Shown in pieces: positions 12,701-31,254 of a DNA stretch of 64,000 nt (the stretch's first letter is position 1; each line of letters starts with the position of its first letter). The notes under the pieces were generated by a model. That model was given only the letters and a program-made list of their open reading frames with translations. It was not told where the DNA came from and ran no database searches. The position numbers and the translations under genes were made by a program. Source of the stretch: Lingula anatina (taxonomy: Eukaryota; Animalia; Brachiopoda); the NCBI GenBank assembly GCA_051362555.1, contig CM120640.1, positions 60,118,788 to 60,182,787 on the forward strand. Reading direction: 5' to 3'.

Positions 12701-13055
12701 ACTAAGCTAGTAAATTAAACTAGACAATTAAGCTAGACAGTTAAAAAGATTCGGCTTATTATAGTCTCTGCATAAATATCCTACCAGGCCATGCATTTAT
12801 TAACACATGTTCAATGCCGGCAGCTTCTTTTGCTTCTGCTAGTTTGTCCGCGGCAACTTCGTAGGGAAACGTGCATTCAACGGCTTTAAACCCTGCTTCC
12901 TTAGCCGCTTTGTACCGGTTTTCTAACCCTTCTATTTCTTGAAATAGCATAGAAATATTAGCTGCGAACTTCAAGGGCATTTTGGCACTGGAGGTGGAGA
13001 AATAATGGAAGTGTCTCACAACAGAGCGTGCAACAAACATCGAGATCAGCTGCAT
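9706..13055 (-). CDS. HYI: hydroxypyruvate isomerase (HYI), 8 coding exons
   Basis: Exons 13055 (or 12980)-12785, 11937-11826, 11260-11161, 10973-10895 (GC donor), 10682-10633, 10429-10360, 10122-9988 and 9758-9706. Motifs [40 protein letters not shown] and [12 protein letters not shown]. All phases are consistent. Confidence 0.93.
11337..11504. repeat. tandem duplication of an ~84-bp unit in a HYI intron
   Basis: AATAAAAGTACAAATTCTGAGCAGC...GTTCAAAGCAATAAT occurs at 11337 and 11421. Confidence 0.9.
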
Positions 13056-13321
13056 GTACCTGCATGTACTAGTATACTATCGCACTTTGTCACACATTTT
13101 GACGTGACCTATTTATGGTTTCTAGGTCATGTCTGGATGTGTGCGCATTCAAAATGGTGGTCTCTGGAGCAGAGCACGTTGACAGGTGGTTGGATTGTTT
13201 TGATTGACATTTACTGCACCAAAATTGAAATTGCATACTTCAGCTTGAATCAACGTTAAGTAATAGCAATAATTGTTTAGAAATTCACAATTTCGATGGC
13301 AGCTCTAGGTGACTGTAAACT
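13056..13321. promoter_or_regulatory. probable bidirectional promoter HYI/PKMYT1
   Basis: Divergent start codons with only 266 bp between them, and a YY1-like CAAAATGG motif near 13150. Function is inferred. Confidence 0.6.
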
Positions 13322-16300
13322 ATGTCCACGTTAAAAAGTCCGCGGCCAACGCCGCAGTTCTTCAAAGAAGCACAGACGTTTTCGACAAAGAAGGTAAGAT
13401 AATATTGAAACAAGTACAAATATGTTTGCATTGTGCATTATTGCCATTCACATAAAGTAATTCGATGAGTTATATGCTTTGATCAAAATACCCTGTTGTG
13501 CAGCTGTTAGACACACCTTCACACTCGAGCATGCACAAACTCTCCCTCTCTCTCATTCTCTGATATGCAGAGCCAATTGTGTTATTAAAGATTCCGATGG
13601 TTATTCACTTGACTGATGTACAAATGTTTAATTTTACCATTAAATGTTGATTAATTTCTATAATAATCTTTAGTGAAATACCAATTTTACAACAGTGAAG
13701 AAAGTAAGATTGGCTTCTTCATTTTCACACTGATATGTACAGTGTTGATATAAAATCAACTTCATCAAATGTGACAGTTCATTTTATCACGCAGTGTGTT
13801 TCTATCATATCTTTCAGGAGAGAGGCACTCCCCGAGAAGCCCCTCCTCCCAGGCCTCCAGTGAAAAGTTGCCCCCCAGTCAGTAGAATATTTCATCATAA
13901 ACAAGTGCAGAGGGCACAGGCAGTCTCTTTCAGAGGATCTGTTAGTGATCATTGTATCCTTTGTCTACACTGATAAACGTTAAACATTACTTGAAATATA
14001 ATGGCCCCTTAATTTTCCTTGTCAAAAAATAAAGTAACCATATTGATTGTTGATGTGGCAGGGAAACCCTTACGAAAAAGTCCTGTAGGATCCTATAAGA
14101 TCCTATAGAATTCTATAGGAAATGGGCCCAATTAAAAAAAAAATTTCCTTGTCAAAAAATAAAGTAACCATATTGATGTGGCAGGGAAATTAAGCAAATA
14201 TTTATGTATCTATATGTACTAGTATATGGTTTTAACCATTAATTAAAATTTTTGGTGGAAAGGGTATTGTGACGTGTTATGCAAAAAAAATTGTCTTGAA
14301 AAAGTAGTGACAGCCGTTTACATTTTAAAATTTTGACTTAGTCTTATTTAGCCAAGGATATGTTACCTTCCTTACTACCCTCTTCCAGCTGTGTTGAGTT
14401 CTCATTATGACCAGGGTAGTAAAGAACTCTTCTTTGACCAGTGTTTTGTAGTGTGCACCAAACTCGGAGCAGGTTCTTTTGGGGAGGTAAATGTTATTTG
14501 ATACTTATATGACATATCCGGCCTTTATATCAAGTATTTTTAGATTTTGTAAATTAAAAGTGAAGCAAGAATAAGAAGTTACGGGTTTTATTAGCTACTC
14601 TAAAATAGAGGCATCTTATTATAGTGACATTGGTAGTATAGCAGTTGTTAAAGGCATAACAACTGTTTTGGCCAAAAAACAGATTTTCCTGAGGTAAATG
14701 ATGATTTTCCAATATTAACCCATGGTTAATAAATCCACTCCGACATTCAAAGTTAGTCCATATATTTTTTAGTGTGGTTTTTTTGTATTGATCTCTGAAG
14801 AGATCATTATTGAGGAATAGACATCAATGAATGTCCATGTGGTTTGATAGCAAGCACAGATTCCAGAATAAACGTGTTAACCACTGCTTTGGTGGTAAAA
14901 TGGAATTTATTATTTATTGTGAAATGTGAATCTCATAAGAACACTTGTTATCCTTTAACTTTCCATTTTTCAATGTTTGTATGAGAGAAATGGTGGCAAG
15001 ATTTTTTTTGTGTTTAACAGGTGTTCAAGGTGCAAAGCAAGGAAGATGGCAAATACTATGCAGTGAAAAGATCAAGAGAACGGTTTAGGGGTGAATCTGA
15101 TAGGTAGGTGTCCAATTATGTTCTTGAAGGAATTGATTTGTCTGCATGGTAATAAGTCCATTGTATTTTATCATTTTATCTCATCACTGACAGTTACTTA
15201 CATTTGTTTTTATGACTATTTAGCTTTAATTATCTACTCGCTTTGCTAAAACATATGTACTTATGTAGAGGTACTGTACATTTACCTGTTCATTATTTCA
15301 TTCATCCAAATTTTTTTTCTCTCACCTTTAGAAAACGTAAGTTAGAAGAGGTTGCCAAGCATGAAACTCTGCCAAAACACCCTAACTGTGTAGAATTTGT
15401 CAGAGCTTGGGAAGAAAGGCAACATCTGTACATACAAACTGAACTCTGCCAAACAAGGTATCCCATCATCTATACAGTTAATTTGTTACAGATTTTTTTT
15501 AGTTTACACCCTGACTTACAACTTTTATGACATTCTTGTCAGTCAAAGGATCTTCATTTTCCTTATAATAGTCTTCACTTTTATATTCTAGGAAACTTCT
15601 TAAGTTTTATCATAAATGTAGCCAAAATTGCCAGAGATTTGCTAACTTCACTAAATTTTAGATAAAGATTACTTTATAACACTGGAGCAGCTTTTCAATA
15701 GAAGCATATTTATGATACTGTATAACCTGTAATTCTAGTCTGAATAACTATGCAGAAAGTCATCATGATATTCCTGAATCTCTGGTGTGGAACTATATGG
15801 TAGACCTGTTAATGGTAAGAATAAAAACTGTGTATTGTATCAAAATGCTTGTGTTACATGGAGAGCTTAGCTTACTATTGTTGAGAATGTTATTGATGTA
15901 CTAGTAACAGTGCTTAGATAGTTTTATGTCCATGGGGGTAAGGACCCTGGAGATGAGATAATCTTGACAATGTGGTAAAGTGTGAGGATATCTTATGGTT
16001 ACCCATTTACAGCTTCTAGTTTTATTTATATAGAATGAAATTGTGTGTGTAGATTTTCAATTTAATTTTTTTTTTTTTAGGCTGTAAAACATCTTCATGA
16101 CCATGACTTAGTACACATGGATATCAAATCAGAAAACATTTTCATTTCAAGTGATGGAGTTTGCAAGCTTGGAGATTTTGGTCTTGTTATAGACCTAAAG
16201 AAGGTATTTTTAATTATGTTTCAACACAGACAATACTTTTTCCTTGTTTTGCAAAAAAGGTATTTGTATCAGTTTCATATCTTATAGTTGATGCTTGAGG

Positions 16301-19177
16301 AAGATTGTTAATGAAACAAAAACATGTAAGAAATGTTTGTGATAAATGTATTATATTTTAGAAAGCAGACATGTCAGATGCTATTGAAGGAGATCCTAAG
16401 TACATGGCCCCTGAGTTATTAGAGCAGGAAGGAAAGTTTGGAAAGCCAGCAGATGTTTTTAGTCTAGGCATCACAATTTTAGAATTAACCTGTGACTTAG
16501 ACCTACCTAGAGGTGGGGAGGGTTGGCACCAACTTAGAACAGGCTGTCTGCCACAAAAACTGCTAAAAGGTTGGTTAAAATGTTTTATTTAAAACTAAGT
16601 TTAAAACAACATGAGTTATGTGCTTGACACAAAATAGCAAACTATGTAATGTATTTAAAGGAGAAAACTAGCCATAACAGTCCTTTTTTAAATGAAAGAA
16701 TAAGAGACCCTTTTTTGGACATAATCTGTACTCAACCAAACTGTATCTTAATTCCTTGATGTTTTAAAATTTGTGCAATATATAGTAGCAATTACTTTAA
16801 CTGCGATGTTTTATATGATAGAAAAAATAATTATGTAGCATTTTATTCAGGAAAGTCGCCAGAGTTAATTCATATCATAAAGTGGATGATGGAACCTGAT
16901 GACCGACTGCGACCAACTGCTGACCAGCTGCTCTCCCACTCTTATGTTAGAAATGTAAGTGTTTTACAAATAAAAATTGATCAAAAAAGAAATTCTTACA
17001 CCGAGTCACATGTTTATCACTAAGTCATCATAGTCAATACAATGTTCACTTCATTGGATACAATTCATTTACTACATTTTAGAATACTAGAAATGCTAAC
17101 AGAATATGTTGTATATGTAGAATATTTGATAAAGGAGGCATGTGAGTAAATTTTTAGATTACTTTAAAATAATGTACCCTTTTATATACTACAATTAAAG
17201 GTTTGGAAGAGACGGAAAAGGCAACAGATGTTCAAGAAATGGGTAAGTTGAATTGAGGTAACTACCTGGATGATGTAACACTTTCAGGTACACAATGCGG
17301 GATTTTCCCACCAAATCGATTTTTTCAAAATTTAGATAATTCAGTTCTAAATGGCTAGCCAGTCACAAAGACCACCATGTCTCTTGTAAAATTCAGGAAG
17401 AAATATCAGCATGGGGTTCTTGTGAGGGGGCTTTGTTGGGACTGAATTGACTTTTGGTCATTTTCAAATTTAGAAAGTTTACCTTTAATTATACCCCAAT
17501 GGTTTATAGTAGATTAAACCATTTATCAATACTTATCATCATTGTTCATGTAATTTTCTGTGGTCTTTCCAGTTTAGTCCCTAAGTTTGATAAACTTGTA
17601 AATTTCCTTTTTTTTCAGTAAAATATTCAACAGTGCCTTAATTTAAAAGTAACGATTTTGACTGAACTTCAAACATCAATTTTCTTTGCAGGTGGGATCT
17701 GTGCAATACTTGTATGAAAAGACAGTGGCATTTTTCTTGTTGCTCTGGTTTTTCTTGAGTTTGCCATTTGTCAAAATTTTTAAGACAACAAAACAAACTC
17801 CAGTTAAAATCCACATTCCTAAACAACACCCCTCTGAATGGGACCATAGTTTTTCTGATGGTGAGTTCAAAATGTTATTGTGATTTCCATTTTTTGAAAA
17901 AAAAAAGAATACTTTTTGTGTGTAATACAAACAAAGTACAAACAAATTATTTGTGTAAACAGAAATATTGCTTATATCAAAATGATATTACTAGTGATAA
18001 AACTGTATGCCAAACATGTTCATATTATCATGCCATACCAACAGAGATAGAAATTACGTATTGCAGATGAAATATTTGAAGATAATAGCATTAATCTCCA
18101 TGACAACTCTATGGTTGCTCCCCTGGACACATCCACCTCCAGTGATGATATGAGTAGAAATGGAACATTTGCTATCCCAAGGTTTGTTATATAAAAATAC
18201 AGAATGGAATGTTTTCTGTGCCAAGGTTTATGCTATATAAAAGATGAAATTATTTCAAGGTATGTGATGTAGCATGTGCATCCTCCATGCACAACCTATG
18301 CATCTAATGATACATTTGTCGCAGAGAAATACTTTGCTGAGTTTAGATAAATGGTACCAGGCAGAGTTCGCTTTTATTATGGGCAGTGGCACTTCTGATT
18401 GATCTCTTCAAAACTCAACTTTTAAATTAATTTGAATACTGCTAGTATCTTTGATAAGTGACACTTTGTTGTTCTGGCAATGGTAATAAAACTTACACAT
18501 GGTGATATGTACATATATTATTTGCAAAGGTGTTATTGCTGTATCACAGTGAATGAATGATAAATTGCAACTTTAGTCTTCCAGTACGTCCTAAAACAAC
18601 CCCAAGTGCACGCCACAGGCCTCAGAGGCGGAGCACCCCAAGAACTAGGTCCCCCGTGTGTAATCTCAATAACATTATAAACAGGTAAGCATGCAATGGC
18701 ACAACGACGAGTTCGTTTTTCCTTTACATGCTAAAAAAATGTGTAGCATTGTGCATTTTTGTAAGTCATTTAAATCTTTCAATTACTTCAAAGTTTTGTA
18801 GGTTTTCTTTATCTTGGTATGTTTTTGTTGTGTAGATACACTCCAGAGACAAGTCCTAGCATTGGTTTCAGAAGTGATGTATCTGGGACGACACCCCCAA
18901 ATACCAACTTTCTGGCAGATGAAGAAGATCCAAAACTGATCATAGGTCCAAAGAATTTAATGCAGGTAACTGCTACAAATGAGCGGCTTTTAAATATGAA
19001 TTTAAAACAAGATTAAGGTACACAGTGATGTAGATTTTAAGGTCTGGTGGCAAGCATTAATTTAATATTGAAGTTTTTCAACAATGTTTACAGATTACCC
19101 TCTGCCAGGTATGTTTTAAGGTGTTGGCACTGGCTCTCTTTCAGATGTTTGAAGCTGCTTCTGATGAAGAAGACTGA
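13322..19177 (+). CDS. PKMYT1: membrane-associated Tyr/Thr CDK1-inhibitory kinase Myt1, 15 coding exons
   Basis: Exons 13322-13393, 13818-13953, 14389-14486, 15021-15103, 15332-15457, 15739-15814, 16081-16203, 16362-16569, 16851-16954, 17201-17242, 17692-17860, 18067-18181, 18577-18684, 18836-18965 and 19145-19177. Motifs [52 protein letters not shown] and [10 protein letters not shown], a hydrophobic membrane segment ([16 protein letters not shown]), and C-terminal PKNLMQMFE, like the Myt1 RNL cyclin-docking motif. Confidence 0.94.
13954..14388 (+). other. U12-type (minor spliceosome) GT-AG intron
   Basis: 5' site |GTATCCTTT and branch-like TTCCTTAC at 14368-14375, ~13 nt before the AG. This donor is required to keep the frame. 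Confidence 0.8.
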
Positions 19178-20065
19178 GGAATCTTCGCAGTGTTTACAAG
19201 ATAAAAATGTTCACTAGCCAGGAAATTAACTTTGAAATGACTCCAACTAGACCAAGAGTGGAAAATAGAAACTGCTTTAATGTAAATAGCCTGACTATTT
19301 ATGTACATAAAAGATGATGCACATAGTTAAATTTGCTTGTTGATCCATTTTTATTTGGAAAAAAGAATTAAGTATGGCTGATGTGAAATAAGAGGAGTTC
19401 AAATTCAATTGCATTTATGATGATGATCATGTGATGCATCTCCACCCAAACAGAAGAGAAGTTGTAAAAGATGAACATAAAACCACAAGATGTGAAACAG
19501 TTGATGTCACATGAAAGAGAAAACTTATAGGGAGCCAGTATGTTGACCAAGTTTGCCAAGATGTACCACTGGCAAAGATTTCAAAATCTGGCATTCAAGC
19601 ACATGCTGTTATAAGTTTTGACCACAAAAAGGCATGCAAATGGTGCTTTTGTTGAGATTAAAACTATGTACCCTTTTATGTACATAATACACTTTCTGCA
19701 AGAATGCATGCCATTTGCAGATAAAATATGATATAACACACTGCTTAATTTTGAAGTGCATTTAAATTGTAAAGGTTTTTAACAGTGCCAGTTAATTAAT
19801 TAAAAGTGTTGATGTGCAAGTTTGCTACAATAACAATTAATGGCAGCAGTTGTTTTACTGCTTCTTTCACAACTATGTATGCCAGGGGTGAAATGTGTAA
19901 TGGAAGCAAATAGGTTGTTTTAATTAGTTTTATAAAGAATTCTATATAAACTTTGTTATAATGCTACAGACATCGCGAGACTGTAACTTGGAGACTATTT
20001 TATTAAAGATTGTTAAAAGTGGATTAAGATCCAGCCTTTTCAGTCATCAGCTTAAATATCTCCTA

Positions 20066-20322
20066 GGTCCAGTTTCATTAACACTAGACAGCACTATCCT
20101 GAGGATAACACTATCCATTGGATAAAATTATTCTTTGGACAGCATCCTGAGGATAGCAGCTGTTTACAAACACTGAAAAGCAATATCGGAAAAGAAAATG
20201 AGTATCTAATGTTTAGAAAACAGAACTTTACTCACAGAATAACTTTACTGACAGCAAAAATTCTGCCCAGTAGATAGTGTTACTCAAAGGATAGTGCTAT
20301 CCAGTGTTGATGAAACTGGGTC
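20066..20322. mobile_element. MITE with ~35-bp TIRs downstream of PKMYT1
   Basis: Left end GGTCCAGTTTCATTAACACTAGACAGCACTATCCT versus reverse complement of the right end GACCCAGTTTCATCAACACTGGATAGCACTATCCT. Confidence 0.75.
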
Positions 20323-21581
20323 AAGTTTATTAGTTTGTAAACAATGGCAATTTGAAATGATACTTTTACTGTTTACAGTGTGGTTGTAACAAAACACTCA
20401 TATTTTCTTCATGGAATAAAAGCTTCCATGTAAAACGTATGACTTTTGTAGAAAATGAATGAAAACTCAATAAAAGATTAGTGGCTTCCCTTTTATTAAT
20501 TTTTCCCTCATGGTTCTATTAAACAGTTTACTTCTTAAACAGTTTTCTTTAACTAAACAGTATGCAATCCTTTGGGCAGTTACCAGAATGTTCTTAGCTT
20601 TCGCCCAAAAGTATTTTGTGCTACTAGTTTCTGGCATGTTCATGGAAGCATAATTCATACAGTCCAGAAAGGGAGGGGGTGAGGCACAATGCTTATGTTT
20701 AACAGATATTTCACAAATGACTCATTTTAAGTTCTGCAATGCTGGCAACCCTGCAAACATCCCTAGTGGACTGAGTACGTAAATTGAAATGCCTATCTGC
20801 TCTTTAATATTCATTCAAGCTCACAGAAAATTTTACAGTGATCCAATTTTTTACTGGATGGTAGATGTATGCAGTTATTTTGCACCAAATCTTGCCAGAC
20901 ACTGCTGAATGATCTGCCAGAAAAGATTGTTCATTTTGAATGAATTATTTTATGTAATTTAATCCCTTACTTTTAAACACTAATATAAGCAACTAATGAA
21001 TGATAGAAAGTAAATTGTTTCAGGCAAAGATACTCCCTCACTTGTCTCAAAAATTAAAATGTTGATTAGTTTGCTCATAACAACCCATATTTCTATTTTT
21101 CATAATGTCACAGGATTGACCTGCCTCTCCACTCTTTAATATAAATATTAATATAAGTTCACAAAAATTTGTACTGTGATCCAGTTTTAAATCATTTTGT
21201 GGCAATTTTTGCCAGTCACTGCTGACTGACATGTCTGATTGTGCAAATAATGTCACTCACCCTATGAATTAGATAAAAATTTGAGCATAAAAACGGGAAA
21301 AAAAGTAGCAAAAATGAAACTACTAATAATAGACAGATTTGAGCAAAAATTTAGTTGGAAGATAACAGAAAAGATTATTCCTGTTGAATGAATTATTTAA
21401 TATTATTGAATTCATAATCTTCAACACAATTAGAGTTAAGTAATGATTGGTAGAAAGATGCTCCCAATGTTGTAATTTGCCTCAAAAGCTAAAATGATGA
21501 CTAGTTAGCTCATAAAAACCCGTATTGATATTATCAATTACACCACAGAATTCAGTTAATCTATACTAGTCTAGCACAATC

Positions 21582-21620
21582 CTATAATTTACTGAGCCCT
21601 TGTGCCTCCCCTGCAGCCAG

Positions 21621-21623
<3 letters not shown>
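21582..21623 (-). other. putative stop-codon readthrough extension of IDH1 ending in PTS1 (SKL)
   Basis: TGA CTG GCT GCA GGG GAG GCA CAA GGG CTC AGT AAA TTA TAG translates as *LAAGEAQGLSKL*. Confidence 0.75.
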
Positions 21624-27372
<5,749 letters not shown>

Positions 27373-27409
27373 GACGATCGTTGTGCAGCAGCCAAACTAC
27401 TTCTGAACC

Positions 27410-27450
27410 GGTCAGGAAGTCTTGTGCGGAGGTTATATGCGCATGCGTCA
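27410..27450. promoter_or_regulatory. IDH1 proximal promoter motifs
   Basis: ETS-like CAGGAAGT (27413-27420) and NRF1-like TGCGCATGCG (~27438-27447) just upstream of the ATG. Motif match only. Confidence 0.4.
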
Positions 27451-27803
27451 CATATGATGCCACAATATTTGAGACCCGCCCATTAATTGATCTATTCACT
27501 CACACACTTGCGTCGGTCGACACGTGCGCTTTATTGCCAAAACTGGTTTACTAATTCTCATACCCGGCTTTTTAAATGAATATTTAAATAACTACTTCAC
27601 TATGTCAAAAAATATTTGTAAAATACAAATCAAAATTGCTAATCTTGTAGGCTATTGTTTTGTCAAAGAAAAAAATAATAAATACTATCATAGAAAAATA
27701 AAGAATTAAACGCATTAGATTCGTCTAGATATGTACTTTTACATTTTGGCATCCTCCCTTTCTGACTCTTTGAAAGCAACCCCCTCTCACTTTTTGGCAC
27801 TCG

Positions 27804-27806
<3 letters not shown>

Positions 27807-27846
<40 letters not shown>
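27807..27846. repeat. (TC)n microsatellite
   Basis: Pure dinucleotide run. Confidence 0.97.
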
Positions 27847-27849
<3 letters not shown>

Positions 27850-28338
27850 TTTACGGTTTTTATGAGTTTTCTTTTTTAATGTTGACACTGACTACATACA
27901 TCTTGTGAATAGGATGCACTGAGTGGACCTCCGACAATTTTTATAGAGAGTAGATAAAGTAATCGAATCTTATAAGCTCTCTGTTTAAAATTTGATTTTG
28001 ACCTACTAAAGCATTCTAATTAAAATTCGTATGAGATTCATATTTCACAATAAATACATTGTAAACAACTCATAGAAATATAATAAATTCCATTTTAACA
28101 CCAAAACAGCGGTTATCGCAATTATTCTGGAATCTGTGCAGGCCATCAGACCACGTGGACCTTCATAGATGGCTATACCTCTGTAATAATCTCTTAAGCG
28201 ATTATAAAAAAAATCAAAAACATGGACTAACTTTGAATGTCGAAATAAATTCATTGGCCATTGGTAAGTATGGGGAAATCGTCGTTAACCCAAGGAAAAT
28301 CCGTTTTTTTCCAAATTAAACAGTTCTTATCCCTTTAA

Positions 28339-28746
28339 CCCCTCATCATACCGGATAGTCTGCAGCACATTATAACCCGGTGGGGCAATTTATTTAACAA
28401 GGCATATAATAATCACTCAAATTAGCATGTCCTACAATTGTAGTAAATTCCATGATTTAAGGCTGAGTTTCATGTCATATATTTCAGTAACAGTATTTTG
28501 TACTATGCTGTCAAATCTCTCTCTATGGCTAATCTGTGGAAAAGCAGTGGATCATTTACAATCCCAGCAGTGTTTCTTCTTATAACAAGGCTGCGCTAGT
28601 CAATTCAGATGCATAACCTAAAAACTGCTAAAGTTGTGACAAATTCATGACATTTCGAGAAAGAGAACGAGTAATACATTTCTTACAGTGAAAAATAAAT
28701 ATTTGCCCGGGGTAGTCGTAAACGACCCCGCGCGGTATGAATAGGG
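28339..28746. mobile_element. non-autonomous piggyBac-like element
   Basis: TTAA on both sides (28335-28338 and 28747-28750), CCC...GGG ends, and imperfect TIRs CCCCTCATCATACCG / CGGTATGAATAGGG. Confidence 0.75.
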
Positions 28747-28977
28747 TTAAGAACAATAATATCCACATACATTGTACAATCATTTGAAATTACACAAAAA
28801 TGCAAGTTTTGTTTTTTTAAGTCGAATTTTAATCATGCAAAAAGTAAGGAACCATAGATATGAATGCACATCAGCTATGTACAAAAACAATTTTTGCTGG
28901 AGTACGTCAGACTTCTGTGGCTCTTTAAATTGATTTTCACCAACCCATTTTATGGGCAATAAAAGCCATTTACAAAT

Positions 28978-29019
<42 letters not shown>

Positions 29020-29230
29020 ACACACGCACACGGCCAATTTGCAAAAGTATTTTTCATCCTGGAGGATCCCCTTGAATATTAACAGATAATTGTCTATTTA
29101 ATTCCTTTTACTTTTTTGAAATGTCCAGCTAGAAAATTTGAGAGAAAAACACCATTGTAATGCGTTAGCCTTACGCTTCGGCTGGTCATATCTTACTTCT
29201 AGTTAAGAGAGCCACCATAACAATTAATTA

Positions 29231-29359
29231 CCCCCTACCAGGGTCGCAGATGAATTTTTCACTAGATATTCATAGATATATCTCTGGCTAATTCATGACA
29301 CGATTCTCTGCTGCGCTGGAGAAAAGTGCACATAATTCATTTGCGGCCCTGGTAGAGAG
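29231..29359. mobile_element. small MITE with TA flanks
   Basis: TIRs CCCCCTACCAGGGTCGCAGATGAATT / AATTCATTTGCGGCCCTGGTAGAGAG, flanked by TA. Confidence 0.7.
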
Positions 29360-29757
29360 TAACAATTGATTAACTTATTTTAATCTGAAGCACTCATCCA
29401 GCATTTTTTCTTTACTCCATATATATTTTAATTGTCTTTCTTCATCCAATTTCTGTAAAATCGGGCGCGCTATGGACACCTGCGAGTCACATAATATTTG
29501 ACAGACATATGTCAAACAATCAATTGAAGTAGCTACCGTTTACTGCTAATTGGTTAGTTTGCAGTTACGTTGATTGACGGTGTTTTATCGCGCGAACAGC
29601 ACGCTCGTTATAAATGTAAGTAAAACTGGAATGACATTTCAAACAGGAAACCTATTAATTTTGAACTGATTTTGAAAACGATGTTTTACTGCACTGCGTA
29701 GTGTTCTGCAGTCTTTCTAACGAAACTGACGTGTCGTCTGCCGGAATTACTTCAATC

Positions 29758-30191
29758 ATGGAAGGTTCAGAAAACTGGGTGCAGCTTTTGAAAGAACATT
29801 TAAGTGTATGGAATGAAATGACATCGATATGTGATACTGAAAACTGTCTTCGGTTGTCGTATGTCAGTGCCACAGCAGGAGAATTGTCTTCCTTGATGTA
29901 TGATCATGGACTTCTTACAGAATTATCCAGTTTTGTAGAAAATATTCCAGATAATTTATTTAGAAAATTAAAGGCTAACGAGAAGTTTCTTTTTAATTTG
30001 GTAAAATTACATATTTGGCAGAGAAAGTATGAAGAAGCCAGATCTAACATTTTGGTGAGTACTATAAGGTGGGGTTTTAAGCAGTTCAGCTATTGATGCT
30101 TTAATAATTAATATTTGGTAAAGCTGAAAAACAATTTCGCTAATGATTTCGCTAGCATTTATGCAAAGGTCTACGATCGTTCGGTCGCGAG

Positions 30192-30226
<35 letters not shown>

Positions 30227-30589
30227 ATATATACATACTTAATAATTATTTTGCGTTTATCTAAAGTCAATACTGTTAAGTTAAATGATGCGGTTAAAAA
30301 TTAAGAACAGATCTGAAAATCGGCTGAAAACGCATCGTTGAAGATTCAGGGAAGGAGAAGAGGGGGCAGCAGCGGGTCAATTATTTAACCACACCCCTCC
30401 TTAGTATAGTGGTGCTTATGCAGAATACCTTCCCCCATTATATTATCTCGGATTTTCAATGTTTCACCTAATTATATTTTGTTTATTCAATTCTATGTGG
30501 TTATTTTGATCTTTACTTCTGTAATTCTAATAAATTAGTTTGCAAATTTAATTCTACGACTTGTAATATTTAAGATATTTAAGTCTATT

Positions 30590-30662
<73 letters not shown>

Positions 30663-31211
30663 GAAACGAGAGTTGCAGTCATTTCAGAGGTGAACATCAA
30701 AAAATAAGTAAATGGCAAAATGGATTTATTTAAATAGCAGAGGCATTGATCAAAGTAACCTCATAACTGTAAACAGATAAACATCGAAAACCGTGTGTAA
30801 GTTTGTGGGGGCACGTGCATAAGTGTTAATATACTGAACCCATCAGAGTCAAATGGTTGACTCGTAATGTTGATTAACATATTAATATCATCTTATAAAA
30901 GCAAAAATGCACTTTTCTATTTCTTTTTCAGTTTGATTTGTGTAAATTTGTCTTGTAGGAGGGCAAAATAACAGATCGCAAGGAAGCGTTAAATCTTTGG
31001 TTCCAATCACTTTATGCAGAGAAGGAACTGGAAATCGGCCGACCCTTGTCAGCTGTGACACGCTTCAGGATTCGCCAAAGGTAAGTCCGGACCCCCTCCC
31101 CATCGATTTCTGAAAAAAATCACACTAATATTCCCCTCTTGAAATTACAATTTTGACTAGCTAAATCATAGTTCTAAACCGTACCAAATGGCACCGTTCA
31201 CCCTCTAAAAT

Positions 31212-31254
<43 letters not shown>

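Noticed and set aside
15458-15738. Second possible U12 intron in PKMYT1 (donor GTATCCCAT)
   Set aside because: Only a partial 5' match and no CCTTAAC-like branch site near the acceptor, so probably U2-type.
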